A DNA stretch of 64,000 bases from Flavobacteriales bacterium (GTDB taxonomy: Bacteria; Bacteroidota; Bacteroidia; Flavobacteriales; BACL11). This document shows, piece after piece, positions 30,276-39,874 of the stretch. Location of the stretch: positions 1,477-65,476 of the forward strand of contig CANNBA010000010.1 of assembly GCA_947502765.1 (NCBI GenBank). Reading direction: 5' to 3'. A program made the position numbers and the translations under genes. The notes beneath the pieces are model-generated. The model saw only the letters and a list, made by a program, of their open reading frames with translations. It was not told the origin of the DNA and did not search any database. How positions within the stretch are numbered: the stretch's first letter is position 1; each line of letters opens with the position of its first letter.

Positions 30276-31136
30276 TTAATGGGTCTTACACATATCCTTA
30301 TCAACCACAATAAAGAAATCTGCATTTCCTAAAAGCTTATTATCAAACTTTGAAATATCAGCTTGCTCTACCACTTCAATGGTGCTAATTTTTAAATCAG
30401 GATTCAACCTCAATAAATACCACATTATTGACTCATGGAATTTGGAATGATACGATCCATTATAATGTAAGAATCTCGTGTCTTCCTTCATATTTTTATG
30501 AATAAAAAAGGCCATAGTAGCATCTTTTATTGCTTGGGATTTTGGTAAATTTTCCCCTCCATGCCCATCTGCCATTACAAAAATCTCTTTATAACAATGC
30601 AAAGAAGTATCATATAGCATTGGCAGAGGAGCAATAAACTTTTTAGACGCTTCTGGTAAAAAAACTAAAGTATCCAAGCCAAATCTATACACCATATTCG
30701 CAAAACGCCTTGGAATATTAGTGGCTACAAAATGAAGATTATTATCTTTTGCAAATCGAACAAGAGGACGGTAATCCGTTTTATGATTTGGCCATATTTT
30801 CGCTTCCTTTTCAAAATCTTCTTCTCTACTAAAACCTAAAAGATACTCATCAAGTATAACTTGATTATCAGCCTCTAACATTTCGGCCCCAAGCATTAAA
30901 TTTTTGCCATGTTTTTCGTGCAAACTTTTTGTAAGTTCCAATTGCAACCAATGAGAAATAGGATCATTATGATTTTCACCAAACAGCACTACATCCGCCT
31001 TTTCAGTTTCAAAAGCCATTGTTGTGTAGGAAATTTTATTTCCATCTTTATTGTAAATCTGATATGCTTGTTCTTGGCCCAATAATAGTGCAAGAAACAA
31101 ACAATTAAGCAATGTAAAAATTAGTAACTTTTTCAT
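30276..31136 (-). CDS. ChaN-like (DUF399, haem/iron-associated) lipoprotein
   Basis: 286 aa with a signal peptide and VVLFGENHNDPISHWLQLELTKSL, typical of ChaN family proteins. Confidence 0.6.
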   Translation of the reverse strand: MKKLLIFTLLNCLFLALLLGQEQAYQIYNKDGNKISYTTMAFETEKADVVLFGENHNDPISHWLQLELTKSLHEKHGKNLMLGAEMLEADNQVILDEYLLGFSREEDFEKEAKIWPNHKTDYRPLVRFAKDNNLHFVATNIPRRFANMVYRFGLDTLVFLPEASKKFIAPLPMLYDTSLHCYKEIFVMADGHGGENLPKSQAIKDATMAFFIHKNMKEDTRFLHYNGSYHSKFHESIMWYLLRLNPDLKISTIEVVEQADISKFDNKLLGNADFFIVVDKDMCKTH

Positions 31137-31212
31137 CTTTATTATGATTTTTCTGTCTAATAGTTATTTTTTCTCTGCAAACTTATACATTTTCGTATTT
31201 TTGGCTCAACTT

Positions 31213-31809
31213 ATGTCCGAAATTACTCATTTTTTAAGTCAGTTAAATTTTAATTGGAGTATTATTGAAAGTGCGGCAGTACTTTTTTCAATTTTATATG
31301 TGATATTGGCTGCAAGGCAAAATATTTGGTGTTGGTTTTTTGCTCCAATTAGTGCGCTACTTTATAGTTACATTTTTTTTAAGACTCAACTCTTTTCACA
31401 GACAGGACTCCAAATTTTCTATTTTTTTATGGCCGCTTATGGTTATTACAATTGGCGCAAATCAGATGGAAAATTAGCTATTAGCCAATGGAGTGTTAGC
31501 AAACACTTACTTGTTATTTTATTAGGTGCTATTTTTACCTTTTTGATTGGTTTTTATTTTAAAACTTACACCCAAGCTAAAATGCCAATTGTTGATTCAT
31601 TCATAACAGTATTTGCAGTATTTGCAACTTATATGGTTACCAAAAAAATAGTAGAGAATTGGCTCTATTGGATTGTTATTGATTCAGTATCGGTTTACCT
31701 TTATTTTAGTAGAGATTTACACCTTACCTCTTTACTTTTTTTAGCATATACCCTTATTGCAATTTTCGGTTATTTTTCTTGGCTTAACAAAGCAAAGCAA
31801 GATGGCTAA
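31213..31809 (+). CDS. pnuC: PnuC-family transporter (nicotinamide riboside or related vitamin)
   Basis: Start taken at the internal ATG 31213 (MSEITHF...). It contains ILAARQNIWCW, YGYYNW and NWLYWIVIDSVSVYLYF, which are PnuC hallmarks. Confidence 0.8.
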   Translation: MSEITHFLSQLNFNWSIIESAAVLFSILYVILAARQNIWCWFFAPISALLYSYIFFKTQLFSQTGLQIFYFFMAAYGYYNWRKSDGKLAISQWSVSKHLLVILLGAIFTFLIGFYFKTYTQAKMPIVDSFITVFAVFATYMVTKKIVENWLYWIVIDSVSVYLYFSRDLHLTSLLFLAYTLIAIFGYFSWLNKAKQDG

Positions 31810-32299
31810 AATTATTGTAACCGGCCCTGAAAGTTGTGGTAAAACTACTTTATCCCAAGCACTTTCTAATCATTTTAAAATTCCATTTTCAAAAGAATAT
31901 GCTCGTGAATATCTTCAAGAATTGGGTAGAGATTATTCCCAAGAAGATTTAATTACCATTGCAAAAAAGCAATTAGAATTCGAGCAAGATATACAACTAT
32001 TAGACACTGATTTAATTACTATTAAAATCTGGAGCAATTACAAATATAGCAGTTGCGATAAGTGGATAGTAGAGCGAATTGAAAAACAAAAATCTGAAAA
32101 CAGATTCTATCTGTTATGTAAGCCTGACATTGCTTGGGAGGCAGATCCATTAAGAGAAAATCCTACAAATAGAATGGAACTTTTTGAACTTTACAAAAAA
32201 GAACTTGAAAATCTAAATCATAGTTACTATATAGTAGAAGGAGAAAAAAGAGATTTGGCTGTCATTTTAAAAATAGTAGCTAAAAAATTCTTTATTTAA
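31802..32299 (+). CDS. NadR-type ribosylnicotinamide-kinase-like P-loop ATPase
   Basis: Start at ATG 31802 (MAKIIVTGPESCGKTTL, Walker A), overlapping the pnuC stop by 8 nt. The product is about 165 aa, like the C-terminal RNK domain of NadR. Confidence 0.7.
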   Translation: MAKIIVTGPESCGKTTLSQALSNHFKIPFSKEYAREYLQELGRDYSQEDLITIAKKQLEFEQDIQLLDTDLITIKIWSNYKYSSCDKWIVERIEKQKSENRFYLLCKPDIAWEADPLRENPTNRMELFELYKKELENLNHSYYIVEGEKRDLAVILKIVAKKFFI

Positions 32300-32321
32300 A
32301 ATCTAATTGTATTTTTGTCCT

Positions 32322-32400
32322 ATCTTAAAAGGGGTGCCCAAAAGGCTGAGATTACACCCATTGAACCTGATCTGGTAATTCAGAATAGGGAAATGAGTCG
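32322..32400 (+). promoter_or_regulatory. TPP (THI-box) riboswitch aptamer
   Basis: AAAAGGGGTGCCCAAAAGGCTGAGATTACACCCATTGAACCTGATCTGGTAATTCAGAATAGGGAA contains the conserved GGGGUGC, GCUGAGA, ACCC, ACCUGAUCUGG..AAU..CAG and UAGGGAA blocks, in the same order as E. coli thiM. Confidence 0.85.
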
Positions 32401-32461
32401 ACATTAAATAAAACAAGCAGTAACCCCATTCTACTTGTTAATGTTAACTGAAAAATTAAAA

Positions 32462-34663
32462 ATGTTTAGCAAAAAAGTAAGTTTTATTCTATTATTAGGA
32501 TTCCCATTTATCAGCTTTTCCCAACAGCCAATTGATTCCGTGCAAATCACAAAAATTTTGAATGAAGTAAATGTGAATGCCTTAAGAGCAGTAGAAAAAA
32601 CACCAGTTGCTTTTACAAATATAAGCAAACCCGAAATTGAAAAAGGAAATTTAGGGCAAGATTTGCCTTACATTATTTCACTCACCCCATCAGTTGTTAC
32701 AACTTCTGATGCAGGAGCAGGAATTGGCTACACAGGTTTTCGTGTAAGAGGTTCTGATCCGACAAGAATTAATGTTACAGTTAACGGAATTCCTTTAAAT
32801 GATTCGGAAAGCCTAGGAGTTTGGTGGGTAAATATCCCTGATTTCACCTCATCAGTTGAGAATATTCAAATACAAAGAGGTGTAGGAACTTCAACAAATG
32901 GAGCAAGTGCTTTTGGAGCTTCTGTAAATCTACAAACAGATGGGGTAAGCAAAAAACCATACTTTTTGACAAACAATACTTTTGGAAGTTATTTTACACT
33001 TAAAAACAATATCGAATTTGGGACAGGACTTCTTGATAATAAATTTAATTTTGATGGGCGTTTATCAAAAATAAGATCTGATGGATATATCGATCGAGCA
33101 ACTTCAAACTTACAATCAATGTATTTGCAAGGAACTTATTTTGGAGAAAGTGCTGTGATAAAAACCCTTATGTTTACTGGATACGAGCGCACTTACCAAG
33201 CTTGGAATGGCGTTCCTTTAAATTATTTAGACACTAATAGAACTTTTAACTCTTACACCTATCAAAATGAAGTAGATGATTACAAACAGTCGCACTATCA
33301 GCTCCATTACAGCAAGCAAATGAGTACTACTACTCATTTTAATATTGCACTTCATTACACTAATGGCGAAGGATATTATGAACAAGAAAAATTGGAAGAA
33401 AAATTTGCAGATTACGGCTTGGAAAACATCATCATAGCAAATGATACAATTTCTACAACTGATTTAATAAGAAGAAAATGGCTTAACAATGATTTTGGCG
33501 GTTTTACTTACTCATTACATCATAAAATGGGTGCTATTGATTTGATTTTAGGTGGTGCAAACAACAGTTATTCTGGTCAACATTACGGAAATATAATTTG
33601 GGCCGAATATGCTTCAAATGCTGATTTTAATCATCAATACTATTGGAACAAAGCTGAAAAATGGGATCATAATTTTTATGCAAAAGCAAACTATAAATAC
33701 TCAGAGGCTACTAACTTCTATCTTGATTTACAAAGAAGAAGAATGGACTATATTTTTGAAGGTTTAGACGAAAACGGAAACTCAGCACTCCAAAAAGTTT
33801 CTTTGGCTTTTTTCAATCCTAAATTTGGTTTATTTCATGATTTGAACGAAACTCAATCTGTGTATGCCTCATTTGGAGTGGCCAATAAAGAACCAAATAG
33901 AAATGATTATGTAGAAAGTACTCCAAACTCACGACCTGAGCACGAAACACTTTATGACACAGAAATTGGATACAAGCAAAAAGGTAAGAAATTAAATTTA
34001 GGAGTGAATATATATCACATGAATTATAAAAACCAATTGGCACTAACAGGCCAAATAAATGATGTTGGGGCTTATACCCATACTAATATTGATCAGTCGT
34101 ACAGAAAAGGAATTGAACTGGAAGCCACTTACAAGTTAACTAATAAAATAACTTGGGAAGGAAACATGACCCTTAGCCAAAATAAAATTATTAGTCATAC
34201 AGCTTACATTGACAATTGGGATACTTGGGGGCAAGAAACTGTTGATTATGAAAATACAGATTTGGCTTTTTCTCCTAATATAATCTGGGCTTCAATGCTC
34301 AATTATAAATTCACAAAAACTACTTCTATTGATTTTATCAGCAAGTATGTTGGAGAGCAGTTTATTGACAACACTTCATCAAAAGACAGAATGCTTGATG
34401 ATTATTTAGTAAATAATTTGCGCGTAACTTATCTGTGGAATAGCAAGATTTTCAAAACTGCTAAGCTAACTTTACAAGTAAATAATTTACTGAATAATGA
34501 ATATGTAGCCAATGCTTGGGTATATCGTTTTATAGCTGATGGTTGGGATCCAAGAGAAAGTGATCCTTATGTAAATGCTGATAGCGAAAGAGGATACAAT
34601 ATGGCTGGATATTTTCCTCAGGCCACTCGCAACTATTTATTAGGAATTACATTAGGATTTTAA
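32462..34663 (+). CDS. TonB-dependent receptor, probably for thiamine or a thiamine precursor
   Basis: Start at ATG 32462 gives the signal peptide MFSKKVSFILLLGFPFISFSQQ. It has a plug domain (FRVRGSDPTRINVTVNGIPLND) and a C-terminal LGITLGF. It lies immediately downstream of the TPP riboswitch. Confidence 0.85.
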   Translation: MFSKKVSFILLLGFPFISFSQQPIDSVQITKILNEVNVNALRAVEKTPVAFTNISKPEIEKGNLGQDLPYIISLTPSVVTTSDAGAGIGYTGFRVRGSDPTRINVTVNGIPLNDSESLGVWWVNIPDFTSSVENIQIQRGVGTSTNGASAFGASVNLQTDGVSKKPYFLTNNTFGSYFTLKNNIEFGTGLLDNKFNFDGRLSKIRSDGYIDRATSNLQSMYLQGTYFGESAVIKTLMFTGYERTYQAWNGVPLNYLDTNRTFNSYTYQNEVDDYKQSHYQLHYSKQMSTTTHFNIALHYTNGEGYYEQEKLEEKFADYGLENIIIANDTISTTDLIRRKWLNNDFGGFTYSLHHKMGAIDLILGGANNSYSGQHYGNIIWAEYASNADFNHQYYWNKAEKWDHNFYAKANYKYSEATNFYLDLQRRRMDYIFEGLDENGNSALQKVSLAFFNPKFGLFHDLNETQSVYASFGVANKEPNRNDYVESTPNSRPEHETLYDTEIGYKQKGKKLNLGVNIYHMNYKNQLALTGQINDVGAYTHTNIDQSYRKGIELEATYKLTNKITWEGNMTLSQNKIISHTAYIDNWDTWGQETVDYENTDLAFSPNIIWASMLNYKFTKTTSIDFISKYVGEQFIDNTSSKDRMLDDYLVNNLRVTYLWNSKIFKTAKLTLQVNNLLNNEYVANAWVYRFIADGWDPRESDPYVNADSERGYNMAGYFPQATRNYLLGITLGF

Positions 34664-34722
34664 ACTGCTTGCTAAAAATTCAATATTCAGTTAATATCCG
34701 TTAATTGAACCTACTTTTTTAT

Positions 34723-34730
34723 TACTTTTG
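34723..34730 (+). promoter_or_regulatory. -7 promoter motif TAnnTTTG upstream of DUF4290-murA
   Basis: TACTTTTG lies 17 nt upstream of the ATG at 34748. Confidence 0.4.
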
Positions 34731-34747
34731 TAAACAAATAAATTTTC

Positions 34748-35371
34748 ATGCAATACAATACAGCAAAAGAGCATCTTACTATGCCAGAATATGGCAGAAA
34801 TGTACAAACCATGATTAATCATGCTATTAGTCTTTCGGACAAAAAGAAACAACAAGAATGTGTAGATGCAATTATTGCTTTTATGGGGCAAATGAATCCA
34901 CATTTGCGTGATGTAAAAGAGTTCACTCATAAACTTTGGGCTCATTTACATATCATGTCGAATTTTAAACTAAATGTAGAATCTCCTTATCCTAAACCTG
35001 AAGTAGAAAAGTTAGCTGAGAAGCCAGATCCAATGAAATATCCAGGAAACAACATCAAATTCTCATATTACGGAAGTACAATTCCAACTATGATTGAAAC
35101 TGCCCTAACTCTTAAAGGAATGGAGAAAGAAATTATAACAGGTATGATAGCTAATCAAATGAAAAAATCTTATATCCTATTTAATGAAAGTTCAGTAGAT
35201 AATAATATTATTCGATTACATCTAAATCAGTTATCAAATGGGAGTTTAGAACTTGCTTCTGATTTTGAGTTCATTCGTTCAGCATCTGTAAGATCAGAAG
35301 GGGCTAATAATAGTAAAAAAAATAATGGCAAAAAGAAACCTTTTAAGAAAAACAATAAAAAGCCAAATTAG
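34748..35371 (+). CDS. DUF4290 domain protein
   Basis: 207 aa with MPEYGRNVQTMINHA and a Lys-rich tail. The position directly upstream of murA matches the Bacteroidota arrangement I recall for this family. Confidence 0.7.
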   Translation: MQYNTAKEHLTMPEYGRNVQTMINHAISLSDKKKQQECVDAIIAFMGQMNPHLRDVKEFTHKLWAHLHIMSNFKLNVESPYPKPEVEKLAEKPDPMKYPGNNIKFSYYGSTIPTMIETALTLKGMEKEIITGMIANQMKKSYILFNESSVDNNIIRLHLNQLSNGSLELASDFEFIRSASVRSEGANNSKKNNGKKKPFKKNNKKPN

Positions 35372-36679
35372 ATGACAACATTTAAAGTAAAAGGAGGAGT
35401 TAAGCTAAAAGGAGATCTGCATCCACAAGGAGCAAAAAATGAAGCGTTACAAGTATTGTGCGCAGTACTACTAACGCCTGAGGAAGTAATAATGCAAAAT
35501 GTACCTAACATCAGTGATGTAAACATCCTCATTGACCTTTTGCGTGATTTGAATGTTCGTGTAAAAAAATTGGATGAAACTTCTTACAGTTTTACAGCTA
35601 TCAAAGTAGATATTGATTATTTATCCTCTGATGCTTACAAAACAAAAAGTAGCCGCATTAGAGGATCAATTATGATGGTAGGACCACTTTTAGCCCGTTA
35701 TGGGAAAGGTTATATTCCAAGACCTGGAGGAGATAAAATTGGAAGAAGAAGATTAGATACTCACTTCATAGGATTTGAAAATTTAGGAGCTAAATTTGTT
35801 TATGATAGTAAAGAAGAATTTTACCGTGTAACTGCCAAAAACTTAAAAGGGGCGTATATGTTGCTTGATGAAGCCTCAGTAACTGGTACTGCTAACATCA
35901 TTATGACGGCAGTTATGGCAAAAGGCAAAACAACTATTTACAATGCTGCTTGCGAGCCTTATTTGCAACAATTGTGCAAAATGCTTAACTCCATGGGAGC
36001 AAAAATAACTGGTGTTGGATCAAACTTAATTACTATTGAGGGGGTTAAATATTTAGGAGGATGTACTCATAGAATTTTACCTGATATGATTGAAATTGGT
36101 TCCTTTATAGGGCTTGCGGCAATCACAAAATCAGAAATTACTATTAAGAATGTCGCTTATGATGAACTGGGTGTTATTCCTTCTGTTTTTGCTAAATTAG
36201 GAATCAAGATGGAACGAAAAGGAGATGATATTTTCATTCCATCACAAGATAGTTATGAAATACAATCTTTTATTGATGGCTCTATATTAACAATCTCTGA
36301 CGCCCCATGGCCAGGATTTACCCCTGATTTATTGAGTATTATTTTGGTAGTAGCTTCACAGGCAAAAGGGAGTGTCCTTATTCATCAAAAAATGTTTGAA
36401 TCTCGCCTTTTCTTTGTGGACAAATTAATTGATATGGGAGCTCAAATTATTTTATGTGACCCACACAGAGCAACTGTAATTGGATTGAATCATCAATTTA
36501 AGTTTAAGCCTACAAAAATGAGCTCTCCTGATATTAGAGCGGGGGTTTCTTTGCTTTTAGCTGCCCTGGCTGCTGATGGAGAAAGCACCATTGATAATGT
36601 AGAGCAAATTGATAGAGGATATCAAAATATTGACACTAGATTAAATGCTATTGGTGCTCAAATTACTAGAATCGATTAA
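35372..36679 (+). CDS. murA: UDP-N-acetylglucosamine 1-carboxyvinyltransferase
   Basis: 435 aa with GAKNEALQVLCAVLL and PGGDKIGRRRLDTH. Length and domain order fit MurA. Confidence 0.95.
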   Translation: MTTFKVKGGVKLKGDLHPQGAKNEALQVLCAVLLTPEEVIMQNVPNISDVNILIDLLRDLNVRVKKLDETSYSFTAIKVDIDYLSSDAYKTKSSRIRGSIMMVGPLLARYGKGYIPRPGGDKIGRRRLDTHFIGFENLGAKFVYDSKEEFYRVTAKNLKGAYMLLDEASVTGTANIIMTAVMAKGKTTIYNAACEPYLQQLCKMLNSMGAKITGVGSNLITIEGVKYLGGCTHRILPDMIEIGSFIGLAAITKSEITIKNVAYDELGVIPSVFAKLGIKMERKGDDIFIPSQDSYEIQSFIDGSILTISDAPWPGFTPDLLSIILVVASQAKGSVLIHQKMFESRLFFVDKLIDMGAQIILCDPHRATVIGLNHQFKFKPTKMSSPDIRAGVSLLLAALAADGESTIDNVEQIDRGYQNIDTRLNAIGAQITRID

Positions 36680-36709
36680 TTAATCTTAACAACCATAATT
36701 TACTAAACC

Positions 36710-37222
36710 ATGAAAAAACTACTAGCTTTTATAGCAATCAATTGCTTAATTATTAACTTATCCTTTGGACAAGAAGTAGGCCTAAAGATAGGTGACATTG
36801 CGCCTGAATTAGCATACAATAATCCTAAAGGAGTAAAAATGAAACTCTCTAGCTTAAAAGGAAAATTAGTGCTTATTGATTTTTGGGCAAGTTGGTGTGG
36901 GCCGTGCAGAAGAGAAAATCCAAATATTGTAGATGCCTACAAAAAATATACTAAAACAACATTCAAAAATGGGAAAGGATTTGAAGTTTTTTCTTTATCC
37001 TTAGACAGCAAGCAAGACGCCTGGGTAAAAGCGATTAATGACGATCAATTATTTTGGCAGTACCATGTTTCTGATTTAGGAGGATGGCAGTCAGAAGGAT
37101 CTAATAGATACGGAATTCGTTCCATACCAAGTAATGTATTGATTGATGGCAAGGGGATTATTATTGCTCGCGACCTAAAAGGTCAGGATTTACACCAATT
37201 TCTAGAAAGATCTAAAAAATAA
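36710..37222 (+). CDS. TlpA-like thiol:disulfide oxidoreductase (thioredoxin fold)
   Basis: 170 aa with a signal peptide and the active site FWASWCGPCRRENP. Confidence 0.8.
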   Translation: MKKLLAFIAINCLIINLSFGQEVGLKIGDIAPELAYNNPKGVKMKLSSLKGKLVLIDFWASWCGPCRRENPNIVDAYKKYTKTTFKNGKGFEVFSLSLDSKQDAWVKAINDDQLFWQYHVSDLGGWQSEGSNRYGIRSIPSNVLIDGKGIIIARDLKGQDLHQFLERSKK

Positions 37223-37293
37223 ACTGCCAAATTGTCTTTTTATCCCTTTTGGCAAAATATTTGCACTAGCATATTGGTGTAAAAAAATATACA

Positions 37294-37851
37294 ATGAACA
37301 AGAAAAAAAATAAAGCCCAAAAAATTACTGACGAAACAATTAATACTGAAGTAGAAAAAACTGAAGAAAAAGTTAGTAATGATGAAGATATAAATGAAGA
37401 AGAAATAAAAATTCCTATAACAACTGAAGAGCTTTTAGCTATAGAGAAAGATAAAAACTTGCGACTATTTGCTGAGTTTGAAAATTTTAGAAAAAGGACT
37501 GCCAGAGAAAGAATGGAACTTTTCAGCACTGCCAATAAGGACATAATGACTATTTTACTGCCAATTCTTGATAATTTTGAGCGCTCCATAAAAGCCAATA
37601 ATTATGCTGATGATGATGGTTCTGTTTTAATCTACAAACAACTAAAATCAGAACTTACAAAAAAAGGACTTACCCAAATGGAGGATCCAATTGGAAAAAC
37701 ACTTGACACTGATTTTCATGAGGCAATAACCAATATTCCTGCGCTAACAGATGCTGATAAAGGAAAAATAATGGATGTTATTGAAAAAGGATATTTACTA
37801 GGGGATAAGGTATTGCGTTACGCCAAAGTAGTAGTAGCAAATAAAGAATAA
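37294..37851 (+). CDS. grpE: nucleotide exchange factor GrpE
   Basis: 185 aa with LRLFAEFENFRKRTARE. It sits upstream of dnaJ. Confidence 0.9.
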   Translation: MNKKKNKAQKITDETINTEVEKTEEKVSNDEDINEEEIKIPITTEELLAIEKDKNLRLFAEFENFRKRTARERMELFSTANKDIMTILLPILDNFERSIKANNYADDDGSVLIYKQLKSELTKKGLTQMEDPIGKTLDTDFHEAITNIPALTDADKGKIMDVIEKGYLLGDKVLRYAKVVVANKE

Positions 37852-37854
37852 ACC

Positions 37855-38973
37855 ATGTCAAAAAAAGATTATTACGAAACCTTAGGAGTAAGTAGAAATG
37901 CTGATGCAAAAGAAGTAAAGAAAGCATACAGACAACTAGCCATACAATACCACCCAGATAAAAACCCAAATAACAAAGCAGCTGAAGAAAAATTTAAAGA
38001 GGCGGCTGAGGCTTATGATGTATTAAGCAATCCTCAAAAGAAACAAAAATACGATCAGTTCGGGCACGCAGGGATGGGTGGCGCAGCAGGAGGAGGCTTT
38101 GGTGGAGGAGGCATGAATATGGATGATATTTTTAGTCAATTTGGCGACATATTTGGAGGTGGCGGTTTTGGAGGTTTTGGTGGAGGAGGAAGTAGAGGCA
38201 GGCGAGTGGTAAAAGGAACAAACCTCAGGATTCAATTATCATTAAATTTACAAGAAGTAGCTGAAGGAGTTGAAAAGAAAATAAAAGTTAGCCGATTGGT
38301 AAATGCTGAAGGAGTTACATATACTACTTGTAATACTTGCCATGGCAGTGGACAAATTACTAGAATTAGCAATACCATTTTAGGGCAAATGCAAACCCAA
38401 AGTACCTGCCCACATTGTAATGGGAATGGTAAAATCATTAATAAGCGACCATCTGGAACAGATGCCAATGGGATGCTCAAAGAAAGCGAAACTGTAAAAA
38501 TTACCATTCCTGCCGGAGTTGAAGATGGTATGCAGCTAAAAGTAAGTGGGAAAGGAAATGCAGCTCCATTTGAGGGGGTCAATGGGGATTTAATTGTGCT
38601 TATTGCTATTGAAGAGCATGACAAATTAATTCGTGACGGTCAAAATTTACATTATGATCATTATATCAGCTTTTCTGATGCTGCCCTTGGTACTTCCTCT
38701 GAAATTCCAACAGTAACAGGAAAAGTTAAAATCAAACTTGAAGAAGGGATTCAAAGTGGCAAGATTTTAAGATTAAAAGGAAAAGGATTGCCTTCGGTAA
38801 ATAGTTATGGAAATGGAGATTTACTCATACATATTAATGTCTGGACTCCTCAAAACTTATCCAAAAAAGAAAAGAACTTTTTTGAAGAAAGTAAAAAATC
38901 AGATACCTTTACTCCAAATCCTACACTAAAGGATAAATCCTTTTTTGATCGGGTAAAAGAAATGTTTGGCTAA
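37855..38973 (+). CDS. dnaJ: molecular chaperone DnaJ (only two CxxCxGxG repeats)
   Basis: 372 aa with a J domain (YHPDKN) and a G/F region. Its Cys-rich region has only CNTCHGSG and CPHCNGNG. Confidence 0.95.
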   Translation: MSKKDYYETLGVSRNADAKEVKKAYRQLAIQYHPDKNPNNKAAEEKFKEAAEAYDVLSNPQKKQKYDQFGHAGMGGAAGGGFGGGGMNMDDIFSQFGDIFGGGGFGGFGGGGSRGRRVVKGTNLRIQLSLNLQEVAEGVEKKIKVSRLVNAEGVTYTTCNTCHGSGQITRISNTILGQMQTQSTCPHCNGNGKIINKRPSGTDANGMLKESETVKITIPAGVEDGMQLKVSGKGNAAPFEGVNGDLIVLIAIEEHDKLIRDGQNLHYDHYISFSDAALGTSSEIPTVTGKVKIKLEEGIQSGKILRLKGKGLPSVNSYGNGDLLIHINVWTPQNLSKKEKNFFEESKKSDTFTPNPTLKDKSFFDRVKEMFG

Positions 38974-38977
38974 AATT

Positions 38978-39874
38978 ATGAAAGAAAATCTCCTTATAGT
39001 AAAAGATGTTGTTAAACAATATGGAAATTATACAGCCCTGACTAATGTCAATATTACAGTTCCTAAAGGAAGTGTTTATGGATTGCTAGGTCCTAATGGG
39101 GCTGGCAAAACCACCTTGATGCGTATCATTAATCAAATTACTGCCCCAGATAGTGGAGAAGTGATTTTTGATGGGGAAAAATTACAACAACATCATATTG
39201 CTGATATTGGCTACATGCCAGAGGAAAGAGGGCTCTACAAAAAGATGAAAGTTGGGGAGCAAGCGCTTTACTTAGCCCAACTTAAAGGAATGAGCTACAA
39301 TGAAGCCCTTGAAAAACTTAAATGCTGGTTTGAAAAGTTAGATATCCTTACTTGGTGGGATAAAAAAGTAGAGGAACTCAGTAAGGGTATGGCTCAAAAA
39401 ATTCAGTTTGTAGTAACAGTAATACACGAACCCAAGCTTTTGATTTTTGACGAGCCATTTTCAGGCTTTGATCCAATAAATGCGGCAATAATTAGAAAAG
39501 AAATTGTAAATCTAAGTCAAAAAGGAACAACTATTATCTTCTCCACTCACAGAATGGAATCAGTAGAGGAAATTTGCGATCATATTGCGCTTATTAATAA
39601 ATCTAAAACAATATTAGAAGGTACAATTGAAAGCATAAAAGAACAATTTACAACTAATAATTATGAAGTAATACTTAAAAATGGGGAATTACAAAATACT
39701 GATTTATATGATTTAATCTCTAGTAAAAAAGATACATTCCGTATTTTATTAAAAGAGGCAGTGAGCGGAAAAGAGGCTTTGCATTATATCAATACAAATT
39801 ATGATGTAATGTCTTTTAAAAAAGAAAGCCCAACTATGGAAGAAATTTTTATTAAAGCTGTGAACAATGCATAA
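38978..39874 (+). CDS. ABC transporter ATP-binding protein
   Basis: The ATG at 38978 is preferred over the TTG at 38966. It has Walker A GPNGAGKTT, signature LSKGMAQK and Walker B LLIFDEP. Confidence 0.85.
   Translation: MKENLLIVKDVVKQYGNYTALTNVNITVPKGSVYGLLGPNGAGKTTLMRIINQITAPDSGEVIFDGEKLQQHHIADIGYMPEERGLYKKMKVGEQALYLAQLKGMSYNEALEKLKCWFEKLDILTWWDKKVEELSKGMAQKIQFVVTVIHEPKLLIFDEPFSGFDPINAAIIRKEIVNLSQKGTTIIFSTHRMESVEEICDHIALINKSKTILEGTIESIKEQFTTNNYEVILKNGELQNTDLYDLISSKKDTFRILLKEAVSGKEALHYINTNYDVMSFKKESPTMEEIFIKAVNNA

Noticed and set aside
32431-32628. 65-aa minus-strand ORF near the riboswitch and receptor start
   Set aside because: It is antisense to the signal-peptide region of the TonB-dependent receptor and has no motif.
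37228-37253. Possible heat-shock operator (CIRCE-like) or terminator upstream of grpE
   Set aside because: No CIRCE consensus (TTAGCACTC-N9-GAGTGCTAA) is present. Only a weak GCCAAA...TTTGGC hairpin with a 14-nt loop was found.
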